Source of the DNA: Pseudodesulfovibrio piezophilus C1TLV30
Lineage (GTDB): Bacteria; Desulfobacterota; Desulfovibrionia; Desulfovibrionales; Desulfovibrionaceae
Direction of reading: 5' to 3'
Length of the DNA: 32,000 nucleotides
Assembly: GCF_000341895.1 (NCBI RefSeq)
Contig: NC_020409.1
Location: forward strand, 2,850,001-2,882,000
Program-made: the position numbers and the translations under genes
Notes under the pieces: model-generated
What the model saw: the letters and a program-made list of their open reading frames with translations, nothing else
The model's database searches: none
Told to the model about the DNA's origin: nothing
Part shown: positions 12,479-21,965 of the stretch, piece after piece
Layout: every line of letters begins with the position of its first letter
Numbering within the stretch: the stretch's first letter is position 1

Positions 12479-14316
12479 CTGTGACCAGTCTTCAGGAAAA
12501 TGCGGTGGAGCAAAAAAACTTTCGGTTACTGTGGAATATTAAAAGGATTTTTTCTTTTTTACAGAGCAAAGATAGAAAACGTTTTTTTGTGTTGACGTTT
12601 GGCGGTGTTGGGGTTGCGATTGTAGATGCCATTTCAGTCGCTCTAGTAGCGCTAATGGTTACTGTTTTAAATGATCCATCGACGATAATGCAAAGCGAAA
12701 TTGGTGTTCGATTGTGCAGTATATTCCCAGTCTTTCTCTCCTTTGAGAACAGAGCAATCATCGTGGGCGTGGGAATGCTTGCTACATTTTTTATTATTAT
12801 CAAAAATAGTTGTCGCGCTTTATTCGAATATAGAGTTGTTCGATTTGCAGCTGGGATGGATAGGCTAATAGGTAAGCATCTTTTAGGGCGTTTTTTGAAT
12901 ATGCCATACGGTTGGCATATTGAACAGAATTCGTCTGATCTCTTACTTGCAATTAGCTGGCGGTCGCATTTTGGCTCAGTGATGCTTTTATCTTTGATAA
13001 ATTTATTTGTGGATTGCGCATTTATATTATTTGTTCTGGCCTCTCTTTTTGTTGTTGCGCCCGTAATTTCTTTTTTTGTCGTCTTTTTTGTGGGGGGAGG
13101 AGGCTGTTTTATATATCGAAAAACTCGTACAGTTCTTGATCAGGAGGTTGTATTGGGTCAAGAGTATAAAATGAAAATAAGCCAAATTTCACTGAAAATA
13201 ATACAAGGTGTCAAGGATGTCATAGTTTTTTCTAAAGAGAGAGAGTTTATTAACGAATATGATGCATCTGCACAGCGGCAAGAACGAATATTAGCACGTC
13301 AACGACTCTTTACAAATATACCTATGCAAGTCTTGGAAGCATTTGGTTTTACCATGCTTGTTTTTTCTATGTTTGCATTACTTTTTATTTTTCCAATGCC
13401 TAGAGGGAAGGTTATTGGTATTGTAGTGCTTCTCGCTGTAACAGCATGGAGAGTTCTTCCTGTAGCATCACGGTTATTGGTCTCCATCTCTTCTTTAAGA
13501 AGCTCTCTCCCTTATTTGTCTAAAATATTTGATTATTTAGAGATGCAAAAAGCTAACCCATTGCTTAATCCTGCATCTGGTACTTTACTGAATTGGAAGC
13601 AAGATATCGTTTTTGACAAGGTTGATTTCCGTTATAAAAAAGGGCTCCCTAAGGCGGTGCATTCTATTGATTTTCGGATACAAAAAGGGAGCGTCTTCGG
13701 TGTTGTGGGCCAGTCTGGAGCAGGGAAGAGTACTCTTATTGATCTTCTTGTGGGATTACTTACACCGGATTCCGGAGAAATCCTGTTAGATGGGAAAAGG
13801 ATTTCTGACCTTGATTTAGGCCGGTTGCGGAATCTGTTTGGGTATGTGTCTCAGCACCCCTACATAGTTGATGCATCTTTGGCGGAGAATGTTGCTTTTG
13901 GATTGAGTGGTCGAGCTATAGATATGGAGCGGGTCAAAACTTGCTGTCAGATGGCTGCCGTTGATTTTTTAGACGAACTTCCCGATGGTTTTAATACACG
14001 AATTGGTGAGCGGGGTGTGAGGCTTTCCGGTGGGCAGCGGCAGCGAATTTCCATCGCACGGGCTTTGTATCATAAACCGGAGCTACTGATCTTTGATGAG
14101 GCTACAAGCGCCCTTGATAAAGGGACAGAGTTAGCTATTCGTGAAACGATTTATTCACTGAAAGGGAATGTTACATTACTATTAGTAGCACATCGTATGA
14201 GTACTCTTGAAGGGTGCGATTCTATTCTTTGGTTGGATAAAGGGAAAGTTCATAAAATCGGAACACCTGAGGAAATATTGCCATTGCTTGATCGTTTATC
14301 AATAAAAAAACAGTAA
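12463..14316 (+). CDS. Fused TMD-NBD ABC exporter (MsbA/PglK-like type I exporter)
   Basis: Six hydrophobic helices followed by Walker A GQSGAGKST, signature LSGGQRQR and Walker B LLIFDEATSALD. There is no in-frame ATG near the 5' end. The start is TTG 12463 or, perhaps more likely, GTG 12481 just after the upstream stop. Confidence 0.85.
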   Translation: MEGFIAVTSLQENAVEQKNFRLLWNIKRIFSFLQSKDRKRFFVLTFGGVGVAIVDAISVALVALMVTVLNDPSTIMQSEIGVRLCSIFPVFLSFENRAIIVGVGMLATFFIIIKNSCRALFEYRVVRFAAGMDRLIGKHLLGRFLNMPYGWHIEQNSSDLLLAISWRSHFGSVMLLSLINLFVDCAFILFVLASLFVVAPVISFFVVFFVGGGGCFIYRKTRTVLDQEVVLGQEYKMKISQISLKIIQGVKDVIVFSKEREFINEYDASAQRQERILARQRLFTNIPMQVLEAFGFTMLVFSMFALLFIFPMPRGKVIGIVVLLAVTAWRVLPVASRLLVSISSLRSSLPYLSKIFDYLEMQKANPLLNPASGTLLNWKQDIVFDKVDFRYKKGLPKAVHSIDFRIQKGSVFGVVGQSGAGKSTLIDLLVGLLTPDSGEILLDGKRISDLDLGRLRNLFGYVSQHPYIVDASLAENVAFGLSGRAIDMERVKTCCQMAAVDFLDELPDGFNTRIGERGVRLSGGQRQRISIARALYHKPELLIFDEATSALDKGTELAIRETIYSLKGNVTLLLVAHRMSTLEGCDSILWLDKGKVHKIGTPEEILPLLDRLSIKKQ

Positions 14317-14439
14317 TTGTATTTACATAAATATGGTGGCTAATCGAATTTACCCACATTTTTTGGGATATATTACTCACATGAGCGAGTTACGGTTTTT
14401 TGAAGAGAATCTATGATGGTTTATGGAGAAAATTAAAGA

Positions 14440-15186
14440 ATGGGATCTTTTTTTATCGATAGAAAATACCGTTTGCCACGTAAATGGTCTAATAAAGAGT
14501 TGAGGAAGATTGCTCCTTTGATCAAAGGAGAGGTCGTCAATGTTAGTGCGTGGAAAGACTCTGATAAAGAAGGTGGTTTTTATTGCGATTATTTCCGCAA
14601 TGCTTCTCACTATAGCATCACTAATTACAAGGCTGAAGCGCGAGGATTTCAGGGGAAGGAAGGCGAGATCTTTTTGGATTTGGAACAAGTACTCTCGGGA
14701 GAATTGGTACAGAGGTTTGACGTTGCTTTTAATCATACAACTCTGGAGCACACGTTCGACGTCTTTACCGCATTTTCAAATTTATGTTCACTTTCCAAGG
14801 ATATGGTCATAGTTGTGGTGCCTCATCTACAACAGATGCACAGTACATTCGGAGATTTTTGGCGATTTACACCAGAAAGTGTGGAAAAATTGTTTTTGAT
14901 GAATGGGCTGAAATTAGTTTACCTAAGCTTTAATGAGCACTGTGACTCTTCTGTGTATATTTTTGCAGTGGGGTCACGGTTTCCTGAACGATGGCGAAAG
15001 ACCATAGGCAATGATTGTAGTTATATGTCCAAATATCAACCTCATGATGGAATGGAAGCCTTTATTGGTTGTCAGGCGGTGACTAATCTTGGGTACAGAG
15101 CAGGTCTTGTGCTGAAGTCCTTCCAATCTATTTTAACAAGGTTGTATAAAAAACTTGGTACATTGATGGGAAAGAGTTTCATATAA
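14440..15186 (+). CDS. Probable class I SAM-dependent methyltransferase (divergent motif I)
   Basis: 248 aa. FDVAFNHTTLEHTFDVFTAFSNLCSLSKDMVIVVVP...FWRFTPESVEKLFLMNGL matches the post-motif-II organisation of Methyltransf_11-like enzymes. The N-terminal glycine-rich motif is not canonical. Confidence 0.5.
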   Translation: MGSFFIDRKYRLPRKWSNKELRKIAPLIKGEVVNVSAWKDSDKEGGFYCDYFRNASHYSITNYKAEARGFQGKEGEIFLDLEQVLSGELVQRFDVAFNHTTLEHTFDVFTAFSNLCSLSKDMVIVVVPHLQQMHSTFGDFWRFTPESVEKLFLMNGLKLVYLSFNEHCDSSVYIFAVGSRFPERWRKTIGNDCSYMSKYQPHDGMEAFIGCQAVTNLGYRAGLVLKSFQSILTRLYKKLGTLMGKSFI

Positions 15187-15210
15187 AAAGATGTCTCTAC
15201 GGGGTAGAAA

Positions 15211-16266
15211 TTGTTGTCTGGAGAGGAGTTAAATGTGGCGAATATTTCAGGGGATATAATCAAAGTCCGTGGGTGGACCTTTGGTAAAGAAGATCATTGT
15301 TGGCTAGCCCAAAGCTGGCCTGATGAGTATTACGAGACCCCCTATTGTTGCGGTTGTGGGGCTTCCATGACTCCTTGTTTTCAGATTTCCAATTCCGCTG
15401 GAGCCTTAGGATGTGTCACTAGTATTTGCCAAAGGTGTGGTTTTGTAAAAAAAACCAGTCAGTTGGGTGGTCAGTATATATCGCAGCACTTTGCTAAAAG
15501 ATGGCTGATCAGAAGAGATGATGTTCTGAGAGAGTCGCTATATCCCTATACCAAATTAGCACCTTTAGTTAAAGCTGGAGGCCGAGTCTTGGATCTTGGT
15601 TGTGGTATCGGGGATCGCCTGCTGCCATTTCATAACAATGGTTTTGACGTATATGGCGTTGACCCTTCAGAGCATCGTACCCAAATAGCGACAACTCGAA
15701 TGCGCAATATCCTGGTAGGGGATGGTGAAACCTACCTTGCCAACAATCATGAAAAATTTGATCTTATATATCTTTTTAATGTGCTTCAATTCTTGGTTAA
15801 TCCCTTTGCGGTTATCCAAGCGGCTCTTGAGCACGTGGTTGATGGTGGCTTTCTGTTCTTTTCAGTGAGCAATTTTCAGGAGCATAATATGGTCCAGTTG
15901 GCTCATCTGGGAGTCATCGTTTCTTATCTTAGTCCTTATTCTGTCGGGCGTTTTTTACAAACTTCGAATTTAGATAGTTGTGTTGTTGAATACAGTCATT
16001 CTCCGTTTGAATGCATTATTCGCAAAGGGAAAGGGGCGCAAGGCAATCAAAATATGCATCAAGCATCTCCTTGTCAGTTGACTAATATTGTGGATTCAGC
16101 TCGAACAAGTTCTGTGTATTCTCGATTTCCTTACATGGTTCGGAGAAGTGTTGAGTTAAATTCACCTGGAAGGACAATTGAATTTCATCGGCGCTTTATT
16201 CGAAAAATAAAGGCTCCCCTAACATTCATGTATGACACAGAATATATTCCTGTGCTTCTGAAGTAG
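15211..16266 (+). CDS. Class I SAM-dependent methyltransferase with an N-terminal Cys-rich (zinc-ribbon-like) segment
   Basis: Motif I RVLDLGCGIGDRL, then FDVYGVDPS and FDLIYLFNVLQFLVNP. N-terminal cysteines at YCCGCG...CQRCG. The ORF-track start is TTG. GTG 15235 has a better SD (GGAGAGGAG). Confidence 0.75.
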   Translation: MLSGEELNVANISGDIIKVRGWTFGKEDHCWLAQSWPDEYYETPYCCGCGASMTPCFQISNSAGALGCVTSICQRCGFVKKTSQLGGQYISQHFAKRWLIRRDDVLRESLYPYTKLAPLVKAGGRVLDLGCGIGDRLLPFHNNGFDVYGVDPSEHRTQIATTRMRNILVGDGETYLANNHEKFDLIYLFNVLQFLVNPFAVIQAALEHVVDGGFLFFSVSNFQEHNMVQLAHLGVIVSYLSPYSVGRFLQTSNLDSCVVEYSHSPFECIIRKGKGAQGNQNMHQASPCQLTNIVDSARTSSVYSRFPYMVRRSVELNSPGRTIEFHRRFIRKIKAPLTFMYDTEYIPVLLK

Positions 16267-16275
16267 GTGTTGGTT

Positions 16276-17589
16276 ATGACTTTGGGAGCCGTGTTGCAAA
16301 AAGTTATTGGTTCTTATTTGACCTGTAAACTGTATGATCTAACATATGATTTTCGTATGCGTTTTCGCCATTTCTGTATGAATTGGAGGCAGGGAGGGAG
16401 TTCCCTCAAGACTGACCTTCCTTTTAAGCGTATAGGTTCTTCAAATTATCATGTTTTTTTTGGGTATTACGATTTTTCACCACTCAACTTTGTAAATGAT
16501 AAATGCCTAGCTCTTAGAGTTGCAGGTAAAAACACCCCTCCCACCGCAAATGAGATCGCTGAAGTAGGATACTACAATCTTGGTGTTGGAGTGTCTGACT
16601 TTGTAAAAATAGGGGAGACGCGCTCCTGGTGCTGGCAACAAGGCTGCCGGCTACAATGGTTTCCAGGCTTGGGTGGGAATGAAGATGATCATGTGCTGTA
16701 TAATACTCGGCAGAGGGGAGTCGGAAGTGTCATACAGAATATCAAAACATTTGAGATTGTGAAGAAATTCTCTCGCCCTGTGTATGCTTGCGATTCTAGA
16801 AATCACTATGCCTATAGTCTCGATTTTGGAAGATTGCACCGCCTTCGGCCCGGATATGGATACGCCAGCGAGTTGGAGTTGAGTCGTGATGAGAAGTGCC
16901 CTCATGATAACGGTATCTGGCGAATTGATCTGCGAACAGGGGAAGAAGTATTACTTTTTTCCATCAAGGAACTTGCCAGCATATCTCCTTTACCCGGTAT
17001 GGAGGGTGCAGACCACTACATTAATCATATTTTGGTGAATCCTTCAGGCACACGATTTTTATTCATACATCTTTGGACAAGTCATGGTGAAAAATTTGGG
17101 CGTATGTTTACTGCGGATTGTAATGGTGAAAATATACATTTAGTTATGAATTCAGGGCATGCGTCACATTATTGTTGGGATGGTGATGATGTTTTGTTTT
17201 GCTACAGTGACTTGCCACAAAGTGGAATGCATGTGCATCGTTTTCGCGACAAATCCGATAGTGTTGATGCCGTCTTGGTAGATCTTGTTAAAGAAGATTG
17301 TCATATGTCAATTTCCCCTACCCATGATCTTATGCTGATAGATTCCTATCCAACTCCTGAGAGAGTGCAATCTGTTGCAATTTGTTCCATGAAACCTGAA
17401 AGGCGAGTGGATATTGCTGGTTTTTATACGCCGAGTCATTTTACGGGAGAAGTTCGCTGTGACTTGCACCCCCGGTGGAGTCGAAATGGCTTGAAGGTGT
17501 CTGTGGATGCCGTTTATAAGGGGAAAAGATCGATATATATATTTGATGTTACTGGCTTCATTCGTGAACAAAAATTTTACGGGAAGTAA
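16276..17589 (+). CDS. Hypothetical protein, probable beta-propeller (TolB / oligogalacturonide-lyase-like C-terminal signature); function unknown
   Basis: ORF 16267..17589 trimmed to ATG 16276 (AGGTG 6 nt upstream). It has repeated beta-strand-rich blocks and a terminal CDLHPRWSRNG motif, reminiscent of the HPxFSxDG blades of TolB/Ogl-type propellers. Confidence 0.45.
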   Translation: MTLGAVLQKVIGSYLTCKLYDLTYDFRMRFRHFCMNWRQGGSSLKTDLPFKRIGSSNYHVFFGYYDFSPLNFVNDKCLALRVAGKNTPPTANEIAEVGYYNLGVGVSDFVKIGETRSWCWQQGCRLQWFPGLGGNEDDHVLYNTRQRGVGSVIQNIKTFEIVKKFSRPVYACDSRNHYAYSLDFGRLHRLRPGYGYASELELSRDEKCPHDNGIWRIDLRTGEEVLLFSIKELASISPLPGMEGADHYINHILVNPSGTRFLFIHLWTSHGEKFGRMFTADCNGENIHLVMNSGHASHYCWDGDDVLFCYSDLPQSGMHVHRFRDKSDSVDAVLVDLVKEDCHMSISPTHDLMLIDSYPTPERVQSVAICSMKPERRVDIAGFYTPSHFTGEVRCDLHPRWSRNGLKVSVDAVYKGKRSIYIFDVTGFIREQKFYGK

Positions 17590-17934
17590 TGATCGTAATT
17601 TGAGGATTTAACCAATTCATTTAGTTCGGGTGAGAATGGTTTTAGCCTGTGACTCTTAAATTGCATACACTACTTTGTGTGTACTTCTGATGAGATCATG
17701 TAACATTCATTTGATTTGGGAGTTTCTGTGAAAATATTCAGGATCACAGTGTTCGGCTAAAAATGAAAAGTTGCAATCAAAGACTTTTACATCACAATCA
17801 AAGCTTTATCGCTTCTTTCTGGTTGTGACTTTTATGTTGATAACGGTATGTCAGTCTTATTTCTCTTTATATTTTGGTCTGTTAGATTGGAGTAAGTCTT
17901 TTGGGCCGTTAAAACAACGGGTTTTGGAGGGATT

Positions 17935-18987
17935 TTGCGTACATTCTCTTTAGATGGGAAAAGTATTGGTAATGGGAAGAAAACTTTTATTATTGCCGAA
18001 ATTGGGCTGGCTCATGATGGTTCGCTGGGAATGGCTCATAGTTATGTTGACGCTGTTGCTGACGCAGGAGCAGATGCTATTAAATTCCAGACGCATATAG
18101 CAGAAGCTGAGAGCACAAGTAATGAGCAGTTTCGAATTAACTTTTCCTATGAAGACGCTACTCGGTTTGACTATTGGAAACGCACCGGGTTTACCTTTGA
18201 GCAATGGGATGGGCTGTTTGCGCATGCTCAAGAGAGAGGTTTGACTTTTTTAAGCACTCCTTTTTCCACTACTGCAGTTCACTGGCTTGACAAAATAGGT
18301 GTAAGAGGTTGGAAAGTCGGGTCTGGCGATCTGGGTAATTGGGAGTTGGCTGAAGCCTTGGCTCATACAGGTAAACCCGTTATTTTTAGTACAGGTATGT
18401 CTTCATGGGATGAGATTGAGGATGTCATTGCATTTTGTACTGAGCGGAAAATGGACATGGCTTTGCTGCAATGTACTTCGAAGTACCCTGCTCCTTTGAA
18501 AGATGTTGGGTTAAATGTCATTGACCGCCTTCAGAATGATTTTGGTATAATCTCTGGATTGTCGGACCATTCCGGGACCGTTTTCCCAAGTTTGGCAGTT
18601 ATGGCTCGTGGTGTTGCTATTGTTGAATTTCACGTAGTTTTTGATAAGCGAATGTTTGGGCTAGACACGAAAGCGTCACTGACGTTGGATGAACTGGCCT
18701 TTGTTGTGGAAGCGCGGAATGCTTTTCACAGCATGGGGAGCGAAGTAGATAAAAATACAACAGCTCAAGAAATGGGGAAGATGCGAAAATTATTTGGTAG
18801 AAGCTTGGCACTACGTCATGATCTAGCAAAAGGGGCTATCCTTACAGAAGAGGATCTTTGTCTAAAAAAACCTGGATCAGGTATTCCTCATAAAGAGTTG
18901 GTTAACCTTATAGGAAAACCCCTCACGCGAGCGGTTCCCGCCTCTCGTTTGTTGTGCATTGAAGATATTGGAAATGAATATGAATAA
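17935..18987 (+). CDS. neuB: Nonulosonic (sialic) acid synthase, NeuB family, with C-terminal SAF domain
   Basis: FIIAEIGLAHDGS...DAIKFQTH...LSTPFS...WKVGSGDL...VIFSTGMSSWDEIE...LLQCTSKYPAP...GLSDHSG...VEFHV is collinear with NeuB/LegI/PseI. The C-terminal RSLALRHDLAKGAILTEEDLCLKKPGSGI is the SAF domain. TTG start 17935 is preceded by GGAGGG. Confidence 0.9.
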   Translation: MRTFSLDGKSIGNGKKTFIIAEIGLAHDGSLGMAHSYVDAVADAGADAIKFQTHIAEAESTSNEQFRINFSYEDATRFDYWKRTGFTFEQWDGLFAHAQERGLTFLSTPFSTTAVHWLDKIGVRGWKVGSGDLGNWELAEALAHTGKPVIFSTGMSSWDEIEDVIAFCTERKMDMALLQCTSKYPAPLKDVGLNVIDRLQNDFGIISGLSDHSGTVFPSLAVMARGVAIVEFHVVFDKRMFGLDTKASLTLDELAFVVEARNAFHSMGSEVDKNTTAQEMGKMRKLFGRSLALRHDLAKGAILTEEDLCLKKPGSGIPHKELVNLIGKPLTRAVPASRLLCIEDIGNEYE

Positions 18988-20134
18988 AAGAAAAATATGT
19001 GTAATTGTTGCTAGTCGAGCAAATTATGGTCGTATAAAGAGCGTGTTGCAGGCAATTAGTGCTCATGATCGGCTTGAATTGCAACTTATAGTAGAAGCTT
19101 CTGCATTACTTTACAAGTATGGTAATGTAATTGAAACTATAGAGCAGGATGGTTTAAAGGTCACAGCGACAGCATATTCTGTTGTTGATGGAGAGAATCT
19201 TGTTACAATGGCTAAATCTACGGGGCTTGCGGTCATGGAACTTTCGACGCTTTTTGACCAATTGAAGCCGGATGTAGTTCTTACTGTTGCTGATCGCTTT
19301 GAAACCATGGCTACTGCTGTGACGGCATCCTATATGAATATCGCGGTCGCCCATACTCAAGGGGGTGAACTTACAGGATCAATAGACGAGAGCGTTCGGC
19401 ATGCGATTTCCAAATTATCACATATCCATTTCCCTTCTAATGATGAAGCCGCCAAGGTTCTGTATCAGTTAGGAGAGAATCCTGAGAGAGTCTATATCAC
19501 AGGGTGTCCTGCTATTGATCTGGCTGCAAATGCTGTCAGCCAAAAAACAGAAAATCTCTTTGAGCTTTATGGTGGGACCGGTTATCCTTTAAATTGGGAC
19601 AAGCCGTACATAGTTGTTTTACAACATCCAGTAACAACAGAATACACCCAAGGGGCGAAGCAAATAGAAGAAACTTTGGAAGCTGTTCGTCGTGTTGGTA
19701 TGCAAACTGTTTGGTTGTGGCCTAACGTGGACGCAGGCTCTGATGCGATTGCCAAAAGGTTGAGGATGTTTTTAGCAGCGGATGAGGGCTTTCCAGTTCA
19801 TTTTTATAGAAATTTTCGCCCTGAAGATTATGTGCATCTTATTAATAGAGCTGTTTGTCTAGTCGGTAATTCTTCAAGTGGAATCAGAGAAGGCGCATTT
19901 CTCGGAACCCCTGTTGTCAATATCGGAACTCGCCAAAATTGTCGGCAACGCGGGGAGAATGTGATGGATGTTCAGTATGATAGTAAAGCTATTTATGACG
20001 CAATACAGCTGCAACTGGCACATGGCAAGTATAACTCAGTAAGTCTTTATGGGGACGGGGGAGCTGGAGAGAGGATCGCCGATATTTTGAGTAGTTGTGA
20101 CTTGTCTATTACCAAAAGTTTTTTCCATGTCTAG
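18974..20134 (+). CDS. neuC: UDP-N-acetylglucosamine 2-epimerase (hydrolysing), NeuC family
   Basis: KICVIVASRANYGRIKSVL...VLTVADRFETMATAVTASYMNIAVAHTQGGELTGSIDESVRHAISKLSHIHFPS is collinear with NeuC/LegG-type hydrolysing epimerases. ATG 18974 overlaps the neuB stop by 14 nt. Confidence 0.88.
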   Translation: MNMNKRKICVIVASRANYGRIKSVLQAISAHDRLELQLIVEASALLYKYGNVIETIEQDGLKVTATAYSVVDGENLVTMAKSTGLAVMELSTLFDQLKPDVVLTVADRFETMATAVTASYMNIAVAHTQGGELTGSIDESVRHAISKLSHIHFPSNDEAAKVLYQLGENPERVYITGCPAIDLAANAVSQKTENLFELYGGTGYPLNWDKPYIVVLQHPVTTEYTQGAKQIEETLEAVRRVGMQTVWLWPNVDAGSDAIAKRLRMFLAADEGFPVHFYRNFRPEDYVHLINRAVCLVGNSSSGIREGAFLGTPVVNIGTRQNCRQRGENVMDVQYDSKAIYDAIQLQLAHGKYNSVSLYGDGGAGERIADILSSCDLSITKSFFHV

Positions 20135-21005
20135 TTCTACTAAATACTCTGGAAGTAAGAATGAGTTCCGGACCAATTGGGCTTCTCGCAAAGAGAGCAA
20201 GTATAACCATTGGACAGATGGAAAAACCACCAATCAGATTCAGTTTGCTTTTCGTAACCATTGGGAGATTTTTTCCGAGTTTATGAATTTTTCTGAGCCT
20301 GGTGATAGCTTGGAAGTTGGATGTGGGCGAGGCTCTTTATCCAGTTATTTTGCAGACAATGGGTGGCGGGTCTCCTTATTGGATAGCTCGTCAGAGGTCA
20401 TAGAGATAGCAAAAAGAATTTTTCAGATTAATGGACACAGTGGCCAGTTCTTTTCTGGCGATGCAAATAATTTACCTTTCGAGTCGGATTCTTTTGATGT
20501 GGTTTTTAGCATTGGATTGCTGGAACACTTTGAAGATGCCTCAACCTCTTTGAATGAGCAGTGGAGGGTTTTGAGACCTGGAGGGTGGGTGTTTTCGTAT
20601 ATCGTCCCTGAGCGTCCTCAAAATGTGCAAAAATATTTTAATTGGGTAAATATTCTTTTGCGGAAAACAGTGGGTAAATTCCTGAGCAAAAAAAGTGAAA
20701 TTTCAAAGCAGGACATCTATAGAAATGACTATTCTTCGGACGTCTACTTGCCAATGATTGAGACATTGAATCCAAGCAAGGTCGTGGTAACTGGGATGTA
20801 TCCAATGCCGATGATAAGTCATTCTCCAGAATTTCCGTTTTCATTGCTACCCTCGCCATTGGAACGCTTTTTAGTGATGCTTTTCAAAGGAGCGATTTTT
20901 CTCCGTAAGATTGTGACTGGCCGGCATGGCTGGCTATGCTCTGAACCCATGGGGCAGGCATTTCTTATTGCGGTACAAAAAGGGGATTTTGGTGAAAATA
21001 GTTAA
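20127..21005 (+). CDS. Class I SAM-dependent methyltransferase (Methyltransf_11-like)
   Basis: Motif I LEVGCGRGSLS, then VSLLDSS, GDANNLPFESDSFDVVFSIGLLEHF and LRPGGWVF. ATG 20127 overlaps the neuC stop (20132-20134). Confidence 0.8.
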   Translation: MSSSTKYSGSKNEFRTNWASRKESKYNHWTDGKTTNQIQFAFRNHWEIFSEFMNFSEPGDSLEVGCGRGSLSSYFADNGWRVSLLDSSSEVIEIAKRIFQINGHSGQFFSGDANNLPFESDSFDVVFSIGLLEHFEDASTSLNEQWRVLRPGGWVFSYIVPERPQNVQKYFNWVNILLRKTVGKFLSKKSEISKQDIYRNDYSSDVYLPMIETLNPSKVVVTGMYPMPMISHSPEFPFSLLPSPLERFLVMLFKGAIFLRKIVTGRHGWLCSEPMGQAFLIAVQKGDFGENS

Positions 21006-21951
21006 TGTAGAAGCTAAGGGGTATTCGCCAAAAGCTGAACAGGCATTGCGAGAATTGGGTGATGTGCATATGACTAATGCCGATTATTCTATGTTGCTCA
21101 CACTCGTTGAAGATGCTGATGTCCTTATTGTTCGACTGAAACACCTAATAGATGAAAAAATTTTGAAAAGGGCAAAACGCCTGAAAGTGATTGTGACGGC
21201 AACAACAGGACTTGATCATATCGATCTTGAAGCAGCAAGGATGCGCGGGATAACAGTTCTTTCATTGAAAGGGGAACAGGATTTTCTCCAAAATATTACA
21301 GCAACAGCTGAATTGACATGGGGCCTGTTATTGAGTTTGGTAAGGCGCTTACCTGCTGCTATGAGGCATGTGAACATGGGGGGATGGGATCGAGATGCCT
21401 TTAGAGGAAACGAGTTAAAAGGGAAGGTCCTTGGTGTGTTAGGGTTTGGGCGTCTTGGAAAAATGGTCGCAGAATATGGGCGAATCTTTCGTATGGAAGT
21501 CCTCACGCATGATCCATATGTTGACAGGCTTCCAGATTATGTCACTTCGTGCTCCCTGAACTCTTTATTAGAGAACTCCGATGTTGTTTCAGTCCATCTT
21601 CCTCTTAACAATGAAACTTGCGGGCTTCTAGGGAGTCGTGAGTTTGACAGTATGAAAAGAGGTGCTTTATTCATTAATACATCGCGTGGTGAGATAATGC
21701 AGGAAGAGGCGTTAAGGAATGCAATTCTAAATAAACACCTGGGTGGCGCAGGTCTTGATGTTTTGACTTCCGAACTGTCTGAATCTCCTGATTGGATAAA
21801 TCATTCGCCGCTTATCCAATTGGCCCGTGAGAATTATAATGTTGTCATAACGCCTCATATTGGGGGGGCCACCATGGAATCCATGGAAAGCACAGAATTA
21901 TTTATGGTCAATAAATTGAAGATGAAGTTGGAATCATTACATCATAGTTAA
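20992..21951 (+). CDS. D-isomer-specific 2-hydroxyacid dehydrogenase family protein (NAD-binding)
   Basis: GKVLGVLGFGRLGKMVA (GxGxxG), SDVVSVHLPLNNETCGL, FINTSRGEIM, GAGLDV and ITPHIGGAT (catalytic His). GTG 20992 (VKIVNVEAKG) overlaps the upstream stop 21003-21005. Confidence 0.85.
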   Translation: MKIVNVEAKGYSPKAEQALRELGDVHMTNADYSMLLTLVEDADVLIVRLKHLIDEKILKRAKRLKVIVTATTGLDHIDLEAARMRGITVLSLKGEQDFLQNITATAELTWGLLLSLVRRLPAAMRHVNMGGWDRDAFRGNELKGKVLGVLGFGRLGKMVAEYGRIFRMEVLTHDPYVDRLPDYVTSCSLNSLLENSDVVSVHLPLNNETCGLLGSREFDSMKRGALFINTSRGEIMQEEALRNAILNKHLGGAGLDVLTSELSESPDWINHSPLIQLARENYNVVITPHIGGATMESMESTELFMVNKLKMKLESLHHS

Positions 21952-21965
21952 TCTTCAGGAGTCTT

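Noticed and set aside
12492-15263. Minus-strand ORFs 12492..12803, 13299..13487, 14377..14751 and 15072..15263.
   Set aside because: They are antisense to the well-supported ABC exporter and methyltransferase genes in AT-rich DNA.
17771-17953. A 60-aa ORF with a hydrophobic segment upstream of neuB.
   Set aside because: It has a TTG start with no SD, lies in an AT-rich gap, and overlaps the neuB start. There is no supporting evidence.
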